Assembly: GCF_037042905.1 (NCBI RefSeq)
Contig: NC_087245.1
Span: 8,682,001 to 8,746,000 of the forward strand
DNA: 64,000 nt
Direction of reading: 5' to 3'
From: Lytechinus pictus
Taxonomy: Eukaryota
Positions 29,056 through 40,147 of this stretch are shown here, piece by piece. Below the pieces are notes generated by a model. That model ran no database searches. It was not told where the DNA came from and worked only from the letters and a program-made list of their open reading frames with translations. Within the stretch, counting starts at the first letter, position 1, and every line of letters starts with the position of its first letter. The position numbers were made by a program, and so were the translations under genes.

Positions 29056-29139
29056 ATGCCTGCTTCGACATCAAGAAAAATCATTGATATAAAGTACCAG
29101 AAAGACAGAGAGGAATTGAAATTGGCTTCATATCGTTTG
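29056..29139 (+). CDS. Candidate first exon of a divergent plus-strand transcript (MPASTSRKIIDIKYQKDREELKLASYRL)
   Basis: ATG at 29056, 28 open codons, consensus donor TTG|GTAAGT. Confidence 0.35.
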
Positions 29140-29398
29140 GTAAGTTTCATATCCAAAGCTTATCTCACATTAAATAGGTATCTATTTCTAATTTTTGAAA
29201 TAGACGAATAAACGTATTGCAAGTGCCGTGCCAGTGGTTATCCTGTGCACGGCGGCGGTAATGTACCCGTACTAGGTGGTTTAATGTAAAAATTAAAGAA
29301 AAATAATACAACGAGAAAGATAAACAACTTAATATCTTAGTTCTTACTCTTCACCCGTATTTCACTCCGTGTCCATCCCTCCAATTATCCTCAAAATT

Positions 29399-29554
29399 TG
29401 TGATTTTGGGCCAGTATCTTATTCCTCACACGTATTATTCACGGCTGATTCCAAAACATCGCTCGCAGGTCAAACCGATCGCGATCGCATGCGATGTTTT
29501 GAAATCAGCCGTGAATAATACGTGTGAGGAAAAAGATACTGGCCCAAAATCACC
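29399..29554. mobile_element. Palindromic MITE (~63-bp arms), AATT flanks
   Basis: GTGATTTTGGGCCAGTATCTT... / ...AAGATACTGGCCCAAAATCAC. Confidence 0.8.
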
Positions 29555-29924
29555 AATTTTGCACTCATTCAATGAACAAGGTTATGATATAACCTTGTTC
29601 TCAGTTATATCTCCATGTGTGGCAAAATAAGGATGGCAATGTTTGGCTTATTTTCTCTTTTTCTTTTGGACAAATGCTTGATTTTTTTACACTGACAGTT
29701 TCCATTACACCTATTTGTCATACAACTTGGCCCTTAAGTAAATTTGATTCTTTAAATTATTTTTTTCTTAATTAAAAATAGAGATGAAAAATGAAAATTT
29801 TCTTGCCATATTATTTTCCACCAATAGAGGGCGTACACAAAAATATGCCCAAAATTCAAGTTTTTGAGCGCTCTAGTGAATACAAAAATTATTCCCAAGT
29901 TACTAATGAAAAATAAATTGCAAC

Positions 29925-31518
29925 CAGTGGCGTAACAGGCCGGGGGGCAGGGGGGGCAAGTTGCCCCCCCTGGCGGATTTCACCGGGAAAATAAAAGAAA
30001 AACGGGAAAAAGAAAAAAAGGAGGGAAAAAGAAAGGGAAAGGGGAAGGAAAGGGGAAAGAAAAGGAGGAAAAGGAAAGGGAAAGGGAAAAGTGAAAAGAA
30101 AACGAAGAAAAAACTTTTTTTTTAATGGAAAAGGAAGGAAAGCGGAAAATGTACGAAAGAAGAACATTTGAGAAAGAACAAATCATTCCGAAATAGGCCT
30201 ATTAGCACGGGGGGAAATAAATTGACAGATGACAAAATGGCAAATAATAGCGGGAAACGAAAGTAGAATGTAATTAGTCAAAAGCTTAATTGGAAAACAA
30301 AGATAAGGGACAAGAAAAACAAAATAATAACACGACCGGGCTGCCGATGATTGAAATTAAAGAGCGGAAAGAAAGATGGACTGCAAAAAACATTGTGCTA
30401 TAAGCTTGCTAAAGTTTATGCAAATAAGCTACCGGGGCTTTGCCCAAGACCCCACGCAGTAGGGGTTCTTCATGTATAACCTTTAAATGGCTCTATAACG
30501 CCCCCGTTCAATCACTGACATACAGGCGCTGGGGAGGGGGGGGGGTCTTGGTTCCACACCCAAGAGGAAATAAAAGAAATAATAGGAGACAACGTATAAT
30601 CAAATTAATGGAAACAATGAAATGTGTTATTTGCTGAATATAATGGAAAAATCTATTACATAATTAGAATTTAATTTCAATAGGCATTTTTTTTCCAGCT
30701 CGCTTTGCACGCTGGCAACTTTTTACTAATTTTTCCCACATTGCTATGTACTGCCCCCTCAAAATATTTGGTTCATTACGTAATTGGGTTGAATAAATGT
30801 GTTGTGTAAAAGCTATATTCTATATATGCCCGCGATTTGATTAAAATAGCGGCAATCTGCGAGGTTTAAATGGCTTTGATATCAAGAAGTTCCGGGGGCT
30901 CCGCCCCAGACCCCAACCGCACAGCACTGCGTATGGAAGGGTTGAGTCATGGCCCCAAAAAGTTCTACAAACAAGAACAAAAATAAAAAAGGAGGAAAGA
31001 TAAGCAAAGCAAAAGTGTAGAATATGATTTTATTTACTGAATATAATGTAAAAAAAATGGCTCAAAGTTAGATTCTCATGAAAAGGTGAATTTTTTCTCG
31101 CTCGCTTCGCTCGCTCGGGACTTATATAAAGCATCTTTTTAGCACATGTGCTATACAGTGCCCCTCGTTTTTTTTTGGAACTCTTCACGCTACTGCCGCA
31201 AAAAATCCTGTTCACAGTGGCATACAGACCACAAAAAAGGGAATCTAAAGAGAGAAGAGTGAAATATATTATTATCTGGATATGTCAAAATCTATCACAA
31301 AAATGGATTTTTGTATCAAAAAGGTCAAAATTTTTGCTCACTCGCTTCGTTCGCTCGCAACTTTTTTTAAAAAGTTAATTCTGCCCGATACGCAATATCT
31401 GTCCTTCTCAAGATAGTCGCCTCATTACACCATTACGCCTGTTCATACCATGATATGATATAACCGGGATATTTTTGGCTCTTGCCCCCCCTGGCCACCG
31501 ACCCCTGTTACGCCGCTG
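29925..31518. mobile_element. hAT-like non-autonomous element (8-bp TSD ATTGCAAC)
   Basis: CAGTGGCGTAACAGG ... CCTGTTACGCCGCTG with perfect TSD. Confidence 0.85.
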
Positions 31519-32691
31519 ATTGCAACTGTATGGAAATTAGTAATTTTGGAGACTAAAGTGATATTTCAATCATTTTTTAAAGTGTGTGCTCTGTACAGCA
31601 TTGGCATGCCATAGTCCACCCTGTAGATTCCCCACATGCAGGGTGGTTGCAGTGAACAAGTGCAATTTTGAGGATAACCGGAGGATGTACACAGAGTGAT
31701 ATAAGGATGAAGAGTAAGATATTAAGTTGTTTATCTTTCTCGTTATATTATTTTTCTTTAATTTTTACATTAAACATGATTTCCATGGACCCACCTTTGT
31801 GACTCGGAATGTCCGATCGAGTTCACTGTCTCGAATTTCGGGTAGGTGGAGTGTAGTGTAGCGGTAGTGGAGTGGAGCCTGCACAAACTTTGCTCGAGGT
31901 AGGGAACAACCAACATAACACTAGTACAGAGACCGAAGCCAAGGCGAAGCTTTTAGTTTTGGTCTAACAAGTATCAGTAACAACATTACTTAAAGTATAC
32001 ATCCAAAGAAAATTCACGATTTGTGATGATTATAGACAAATTATATATGAATGGAAAGGTCTTGTCTTTTTATACACAAATATGTCACTAAAAAGTCTTA
32101 TTGATGTCGTGGAAATGCAAGAAATGAAATTATTAGAGACCATTTAAGCCCCCCAGCCGCCCCCAGACCGATGAGTTCACGCAGTGAAAACAGTCGAGAA
32201 TAATGACGTCACACAATAATCGAGCTCATCATCCCTCTGTGCATAATACACTGAATCACCTTACTGACCTCTTCAATATCTTCCGAATTTACCGTTTTCT
32301 TCATGTAATGTGACATCCGAATTCTGTTTTCGACAACTTCAGACTATAAGGGAACCAGAACTGTGTTATTTTGCCCGTTTTTTATTGAATTGTGAACTGG
32401 AAAGATCGATTTTGTCCACTCGACAGTCTTCGTTGTGTTGCTCTACTAACTATTGAAAAACTCCAAGCTGCACGGTCCCATTCACTTGCTCCCGATGCAT
32501 GTTGCAGGCTACGCTGTTTGATCCAGTCAAAAGTCAAGGTAAGCATGTTTGGAAACTGTACTTGTTCTGACGATGCATTCAGGTCAGATGACAGATACAG
32601 ATCTGATATAAGTTTAGAATCATGCATTTTGGCATAACTACTATTAAAATTAAAAAGTTTTTATTTTAGAAATAATGTTTTTGCACAATTC

Positions 32692-32874
32692 CACCCAAGA
32701 GTTCATTACATGCCGCCACGCACAGAAAAATCAAGCCATAGAAGTCGTGTGTTGTGGACCCAAGAAGTGAGATCCCAGACGCCTCCAGGCTAAGCACGCG
32801 CAACCCACTAGTTAGAAATCCACTGCCAAACGCGGTTCGTGGTGCGAGGTTAGTATACTTAATACGTGTGAGTG
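32692..32874 (+). mobile_element. CAC...GTG mini-element, 9-bp TSD GCACAATTC
   Basis: Perfect 9-bp TSD; homologous to 11363-11543. Confidence 0.85.
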
Positions 32875-33098
32875 GCACAATTCCAGCAGATTTTTTCTTC
32901 AGATTTCTAAAACTGGTCAGGACTCAGGCAGGCGATTAAATTATTTAGGAGCACTGAGTGGTATGGACCATGGCTGAAAATCTGCTGTTTCAGAGGAATG
33001 TTTAAGTTTTTATTATACACAGAATTACACACCATGATGCCGATGTCATGAAGCCAGACAAATTTTCAGCAGTGATTACCCTGATTCCTGGCCAAAAT

Positions 33099-33299
33099 CA
33101 CTCACATGTATTGCGAGGTTAGTATTAGTATACTACTAGTACGTATTGCGAGGTTAGTATTAGTATACTAACCACGAACCGCGTTTGGCAGTGGATTTCT
33201 AACTAGTGGGTCGCGCGTGCTGGGATCTCACTTCTTGGGTCCACGACTTCTATGGCTTGAATTTTCTGTGCGCGGCGGCATGTAATGAACCCTTGGGTG
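33099..33299 (-). mobile_element. CAC...GTG mini-element, 9-bp TSD GGCCAAAAT, inverted orientation
   Basis: Perfect 9-bp TSD; reverse complement of 32692-32874. Confidence 0.85.
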
Positions 33300-33423
33300 G
33301 GCCAAAATTAGAGTCTGGTGTTTCTTTCTGATTAGAGTGTTGCTGCATATATGTATGCGTAATGCCTTCAACAATGAAGATAAATGCAATCTTTGTAATG
33401 ACACAGAGACTCAGAGAGCACCG

Positions 33424-33580
33424 TACCTCAAGTGATGTTCGTGTAGTCTCCACTTCACTACTGGAGTACTGCTACAGCCTACACTACGCTACACACCTAC
33501 CCGGGTAGGTGTGGCGTACATGTGCGGTAGTGTAGCGGTAGTGAAGTGGAGTGGGGCCTACACAAACATCACTTGAGGTA
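33424..33580. mobile_element. Palindromic MITE, ~8-bp TSD
   Basis: TACCTCAAGTGATGTT ... AACATCACTTGAGGTA, centre CCCGGG, flanks GAGCACCG/GAGCACCA; half-copy at ~31840-31902. Confidence 0.75.
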
Positions 33581-36500
33581 GAGCACCAGTGTTCTGAGTG
33601 GAACTTTTCAGGTGTCTATTAAAACCTACTATCATTTGTTGTTGACCGGGAATTACATGCCACCGCACGTCATCAATCATCACGATAATTAAATTCATAC
33701 TTTGATTTGATTATTTAAACTATTTCTTTTTTTCTCTCTTCTACACACAGATCTGCACAATTGCTGACTCTGGTGACTTCTGGTCTCGGCTTGCTACCTC
33801 AATCTGGGAGATTCCATCATGTCCTTTTACTATGATTTGGATATAGCCATTTTTTTCTTCACTCTTTCCAGGACCTACGGTTTGCAAGTTGTAGACTGAT
33901 AATGATACAAAAGAAAAAAATTCTTTATCAATCTTGGAAACAATTTTGAGCACAGTTTTGGAGAGAACTAAGAAATTTGACTTGGACAGGAATACAGCTT
34001 GTCAAAAATAATAACACACAATTTAAAACGAAAGAACAATTTTAATGTTACTAGGGCATTTTGCGAGAAATGTTATACTCAATCACACGTCCCAAATCAA
34101 GGGTAAGTCCTTTGATTAAACATGTAGTTGAATTGCGATTGCAACTCGACCTTATTACGCTTGAATTTGAATTTAAAACTTACGCTTGATTTGCAATTGA
34201 ACATAAGTTTCTTGCAGTGCCCCATAATTATGTTTTGTTATCAGATATTTAACGTGCTGATTTTTCTCGAAAGGTATAATATATTTGTCCTTTTAAACGG
34301 TATTTGAATATGGGTACGCCTTTTATTTGTTTTCCACAATATTTATTGCATGTATGAACAGAAGTGAAATATTTATTGTGAAGCACTGTGAATGTTGTGT
34401 GATGGTTTATCATTTTTGTTATAAGACTGAAAGCCTGGTGGATGTGAGGAAGTGGCCTGGATGAAAAAAAAGTGAACATATGTGTCCAATTACTGATTTG
34501 CATATTCTAAGACAATTTTGTTTCTGGATAAATTTTGCTATGCATTCCCTACATTAAGAGTAAAGGAGAAGTCCACGCAATCAAAAATTCATTTGAATTT
34601 AAAGAAAAATAACAAGATATTGCAGGAAATTTCATTAAAAATTTGATTCAAATTTATATAATTACTATTTTAACAGTTCCGTAAATATAACCTATTGTGA
34701 TCAGATGAAGAGTTTCCTATCGTCAAATCTGCAAAGAATAAAAAACAAAATGCCACAAAAAATAGAAACGAATGTGATGTGAGTGACAACTCTAATTTGC
34801 ATATCATTGTTTTGTGTATATGACTGTTTTGAGTAAAAACAACAAGGGAAATCACTCTATTCAAATAATTTTTAGTTGATGTGGACTTGACTTTTAACTC
34901 TACCCCTCCCATCCCAAATAAGAGTAGAAATAATCTAATCAAGAACTTGAAAATCAAAAGCAGCAATTAAGAAGCAAGATTTGATAAATACAGGTCTGAA
35001 TAGAATTTCACAAGAAAATAAAAAGAGAAAAAAAAGATGGGTAGGGACGGGGAAGGAATAAAAAAAAAATACCCAGAAAAAAAAAATTCGAGTTTCGAAC
35101 CAGGGTCCTCGCACATGACAAAACAATGGCCAACGCATTTGGCCACAGACCATCGCCCTAACAGGAAGGCATTTTTAAGATATATGAAAGAAAGTCCGCT
35201 CGCCGCTGTTTCCTAATAATGCTTCGGCAATTCAACTGCAATTTCAGTAATTTCGCGATGGATATTGCCGTGTTTTTTTTGTGCTTCCTGACTTTGCTAC
35301 TTAATGAAATTTCATAATTTTTGTTCAGTCATAAAGAAGAATGTCTATGCTTTATATTGACTATAACATTAATGTGACGCAAGTGTGATTTCTACGTGAA
35401 AATATGCTTTGTTTATTCACATATATTTCTTGAAAAAAAATAAAAATTTTAAGCTAAATATCGGTTACCAAAATACGTTAAATGTGCACTTTTTTTCACT
35501 GTTCAGTAAATTCAAACTTTTATCTATATAACAAGACCAATCTTAAGAGGAATAAACAATTCTAAGAGCAAAAAACGCTGATTGGAAAGATCGTCTCTAA
35601 TGGGCTGCTGTCAACTCAGCTGCTCACTGCTCATTGTGTGACGTCACTCAGCTGGAGCTCGCAAGAGGACCGGTGGAAGGCAGAAATATGGCATGAAAAT
35701 AAATCATTTTTGAGAGCTGATTTCTGCAATCTCTGATCACTATTTTGAAAAGTGAAGTTATATATCTGATTAGTAATACTTCCCCTTTACAATGATGACC
35801 ACATAAAGTCATTATAAAATACTTTTGATTCTTTGGATGTCTCCTTTAAACTACTTAGTAATACTTAGTTAGACTTAGAGTACAGTCGGTGATTGGGCCT
35901 TTGGCTTTGGGGATGATAGTAAAATAATGGGGATGATACTAGTAAAATGTCAGAAATTGTTAAACAAATCCCAAGAAATGACGCCGGTTATTCATGTCTA
36001 TAACCGACTGAGCTATGCTGCCTCCCCATTAATATGCTATACAAGGGGATTTAGTCCCTGTGCAATTTGAACTTCTGTATCAAAGAACTTTGATATCCCC
36101 ATTGAACATGTGTGGATAAAAATTGCATGAGCGGATAATCGTAGTGGCCTCCTGAGACAATGAATGAATCAGACACTGACCTGGATGATTTTCACGATTT
36201 CGTATTCTGATCTCTTGTAGAGTCTACTGTACATTTTTTGTATAAAAGTTAGATCTACTTACATGAGTCCTCACTTGCTGTCTGCATAAAGATTAAGATG
36301 CGGTTGAGCTTTACCGGAATATTCCAGAACTGAGCTACATTTGGCTCTGTAAAATTCCTAAAAATTCCATGTTTACGTTCATCGCATATCGATGGTTTCC
36401 AAACCCCAAAATTTAGTGGTATAGCGCCAGCTTGAGATAAAGGAATTATAGTGGCTATCGCAAGTCGCAGATATCAATAATAATTTAGTTAACAAACAAA

Positions 36501-38140
36501 CAACAAATCTAACTAGAAAATAAGATCCCAGGTACACTTACTATATAGTTTCTAACTAAGTAACTCTTAAGCGAAAAATCTAGTCACTGTTTTTTACTAG
36601 GAAAGCTAGTGAATATATAGGGCTTTATAGGCCTATCACTAGAAAATCTAGTTAGTTTGAATTAGTCAAAATAATCCACTATTGTCATTTGACTATCAAT
36701 ATTGTTATGAATATGATTGAATAGTGTCTTAATTGGATCTCTTTTACCCATGTTCTTATTTTCTTTCGCTACTTCTTCTCCCTTCACTCTCCACATCTTT
36801 TAATTTCTCTTAGCCATTAAAAAAAGAAGCTTAATACAATAATATTGATATAAAATATATATATTTCATTTACTTTGTTTATAATTTGTATTCCACGTAT
36901 AAGATTGTCTTATACAATGCGCTTAATTTACTTACATGTATTCAGTTTTATTCGAAAGCACCTAACCGTAAGATATAATTATTTACGTTATGTAAGATAT
37001 TTCTAGTTGTACTATTTCATGATATATCATGCTAAATACTTCAAGTGTGTTTATATTGTAAATAGTCTAACAAAGGGTCTACATCTTACTAGCAGAACTT
37101 GCTATTTCCGTAGATTCCTTTTACCAAACAAATGTAAAACAACTCATCTCTGTTATATGTATTTTATCTTGTTTTTTTTGGTGATAATAAACTCTTTCAT
37201 TCATTCTTTAATGCATGTATGTGTGCATTCCCAAAGTATAATAGTTGCATTTAATGTAAATATACTTGGCCTGCATGTAAGAATGAGGTGATAAAGTATT
37301 TCCAATTACAGTATGTAAATAAGGAAAATGTTAGACTGTAATAAATGACTTTTACATCCTCGTGCAAAGCCTCTTAGAAAAAAAGGAGCGCCGATTAGAG
37401 CCTTTCTTTTGCCCCATTTGGAACATTATAAGGTTCTTCCAACAAACAAACAAACAAACATGGGTAAAAGAGATCCAATTAAGACACTATTATTCAATCA
37501 TAACAATATTGATAGTCAAATTACAGTAGTGGATTATTTTGACTAATTCAAACTGGTTATAACCAACCCTTTAGAACCGTTTTCGGTTTCTATAAGGAAC
37601 CCTTCAAGGTTCTTTATAGCAAAAAACTGGAAAAGGTTCTAAACATTCCGTCAGAAGATTTTTTTATCATTCTACAAGGAACCCTTAAGGTTTTAAATAC
37701 GACCTAGGGGTTATTGGTCGTGGTAAGAACCCAAAAGGTTGTACTATGAAAAACACAAAATTGGTGACAAGTTCTGAAGTTCAAGTTCATGAAGAATGGT
37801 TCCTTATAGAACAAAAATAGGAATGTTTAGAGCAGATTTGTGCTCCTCAAAAGGTTCTACATAATGGGCCAAAGAAAGATTCTAAACTTTTTGGACACCC
37901 CCCCCCCATTCCACACATTCACACGCACAACATATTCTTGTTTGCGGCCACATTCTCGTATAACCTTTATTCTTTTTTCGTTCGGTTCCTCTGTTCGGGC
38001 ATCCTTCTTGCATTTCCTGCTCCCTTCATTTAACAAGGTGGGGGCAAGTGCCCATCGGTCCAAGATTCACAGTTGACGAGGAAAATCGTAACTACCGTAG
38101 GCTAATTTCATTCCTATATATCTCCATTGTAGGCCCATTT

Positions 38141-38339
<199 letters not shown>

Positions 38340-38548
38340 GTGAGGTAGTTGTGTTTTTTTCGAGCTCCGGTTTTTCTGGTTTTTCACTGATTTATATGAC
38401 CATTTGGTCCTTGATTTTTGTACCATTACAATTGTGTTGGGTTATAGATTGATATAGTCTCGATCCTCCTTCGTCAGGTTTACCAATTTTAGTGTTTTTT
38501 AAACACATTTTCTGTTATTTTTTGTAAGGTTTCTAGACTGGTTCGTAC

Positions 38549-40093
38549 ATGGCCAGTCAAGCAAACCAACGTAGTGTACAGGGCCAGCGTACCACAAGTG
38601 CAGCTGGCCCTTTGTTAAACAATGTAGGACATTTTAAAAATGTCACCCGTCACAATGGTGTAAGCTTTCAAGCTATTGAAAATGTAACGATACAATCTTA
38701 TATCAATGTCTTTACTACAACTATACCCGCTAATGACGTAATATCTGCCTCTCGCATCTCTAATGGTCGCATAGCTGTGTATCTAAAATCAAAAGAAGCT
38801 GTTATCAATGCTGTACAAAAAGGCCTTGAGTATGAGGGGGCCTTTCTTGAACTAACCCCCCTTGTACGGCCCACTACTCGAGTCATTTTATCTAATGTAT
38901 ACCCAGAACTACCGAATTCTGTCTTGACTGAAAATCTAGCACCTTTTTGCAAAGTTGTGTCCGACTGCAAACCAATACCTCTAGGATTTAAAGACAAACG
39001 TCTAAACCATATTATGAGTTTTAGAAGGCACGTTCAAATGTTAGTGAAACCTAACACAACACTTCCAGATAACATTAATTTCGTGTTTTCAGGTATGAAC
39101 TATCGTGTTTTTATTTCAACTGAGTCAGTCAGATGTTTTAACTGTGGTGAATTTGGTCATATTTCCCGCAATTGTAAGAAACCTCAAACAAGCACAAATA
39201 CTAATCAGTCAAAGACAAACGCTGCCCCAGTTTCAAATGACACGAGAGTGCGCCAGCGCGGATCCTCCCCGCCCCTCACTACGGTTTCGGACCCCATGCC
39301 ACCATCACCTCCCCCCTTGGCGGCAACTACAATGCCCCCACCTGTACCCACCTCCTCTGATTTCCCTAGTTTACCACCTCGTGATTGTGGGCCCCTTTCT
39401 ACCTCAGCCACCCCCTCGCGCATCAGGAAGCCTCAATCCTCCCCACTGCACATACCTCTGACATCACCTGCTCAGCCGTCCAGCAATTCAACTACCACGC
39501 CCATAGTCGTGTCCTCCAAGTCCCCTCCCCCCAAATCTATTTCTGCGTGCCCTTCGCCTGTGTGGAAAACTCCCCCATCACCTGTCCGAACTTTCTCTGA
39601 AGTTGTTTCAAAACGTAAGCAACTAACACCCGAATCAAACGAAAACAATACTACTCTTACTACACTGAAGGCCCCCTCTCCTCTTCGGAAAGTGGCCAGG
39701 AAAGCTCCCTCCTCCCAAACCGAAACCGTAGACTCTCCAACCTTAACGCAAGTCCTTGACTCCCAAACCCCCAATATCCCTCCTACCCCATCCTCCACAG
39801 TTGGAGATTCATCTACCGACACTGACTCCATGACTTGGGAAGATGCCCAAACGGATGAAGATGTCCCGAAGGAAGATGCACTCCCATTGACTCAAGGCCC
39901 CCTCTCCCAAGGCCAAATTGTGAAATTTCTGTCAAACGTAAAAGGGCGGAAAAAGCCTGCCCAGATTGCACGGAAATATACATCAAATATTCCAGGGCTA
40001 GTTAAACAATTAAAGCCCCTGAAAAACAGCCCCCTAGTAAAACGTAACATGCAGCAGAGGATATACAAATTGATCAGCACTCTGGAGAGCTAA
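38549..40093 (+). CDS. Tx1 ORF1p (nucleic-acid chaperone), 514 aa
   Basis: Tx1-like N-terminal motifs (PTTRVILSNVYP, MSFRRHVQ), zinc knuckle CFNCGEFGHISRNC (CX2CX4HX4C), long Pro/Ser/Thr-rich tail. Confidence 0.92.
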   Translation: MASQANQRSVQGQRTTSAAGPLLNNVGHFKNVTRHNGVSFQAIENVTIQSYINVFTTTIPANDVISASRISNGRIAVYLKSKEAVINAVQKGLEYEGAFLELTPLVRPTTRVILSNVYPELPNSVLTENLAPFCKVVSDCKPIPLGFKDKRLNHIMSFRRHVQMLVKPNTTLPDNINFVFSGMNYRVFISTESVRCFNCGEFGHISRNCKKPQTSTNTNQSKTNAAPVSNDTRVRQRGSSPPLTTVSDPMPPSPPPLAATTMPPPVPTSSDFPSLPPRDCGPLSTSATPSRIRKPQSSPLHIPLTSPAQPSSNSTTTPIVVSSKSPPPKSISACPSPVWKTPPSPVRTFSEVVSKRKQLTPESNENNTTLTTLKAPSPLRKVARKAPSSQTETVDSPTLTQVLDSQTPNIPPTPSSTVGDSSTDTDSMTWEDAQTDEDVPKEDALPLTQGPLSQGQIVKFLSNVKGRKKPAQIARKYTSNIPGLVKQLKPLKNSPLVKRNMQQRIYKLISTLES

Positions 40094-40147
40094 TTCCTTT
40101 TTACCTTCTCTCCATTCATTACGTACGCTCAAGTTGCTATAGCCATA

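Larger units (their letters stand above)
28505..29278. mobile_element. Longer member of the CAC...GTG Mutator-like family
   Basis: Flanked by direct GTTTAATG; left end CACTCAC..GCGAGGTTAGTATACTAACC and right end CTGTGCACGGCGGC..GTAATG..GGTG resemble the ends of 33099-33299. Confidence 0.6.
28471..31801. mobile_element. CAC-terminated element with ~150-bp TIRs, split by three nested insertions
   Basis: Left TIR = 28471-28504 plus 29287-29398; right TIR = ~31665-31801 (CACAAAGGTGGGTCCATGGAAATC / GATTTCCATGGACCCACCTTTGTG). Confidence 0.7.

Noticed and set aside
35090..35157. tRNA gene on the minus strand (also tRNA-like sequences at ~8143 and ~10597)
   Set aside because: A/B-box remnants only, with no intact cloverleaf; SINE- or pseudogene-like.
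36263..36357. Possible minus-strand exon (NFTEPNVAQFWNIPVKLNRILIFMQTASEDS) with AG/GTAAGT sites
   Set aside because: Its open frame ends in phase 1, incompatible with exon 26759-26898, and there is no other support.
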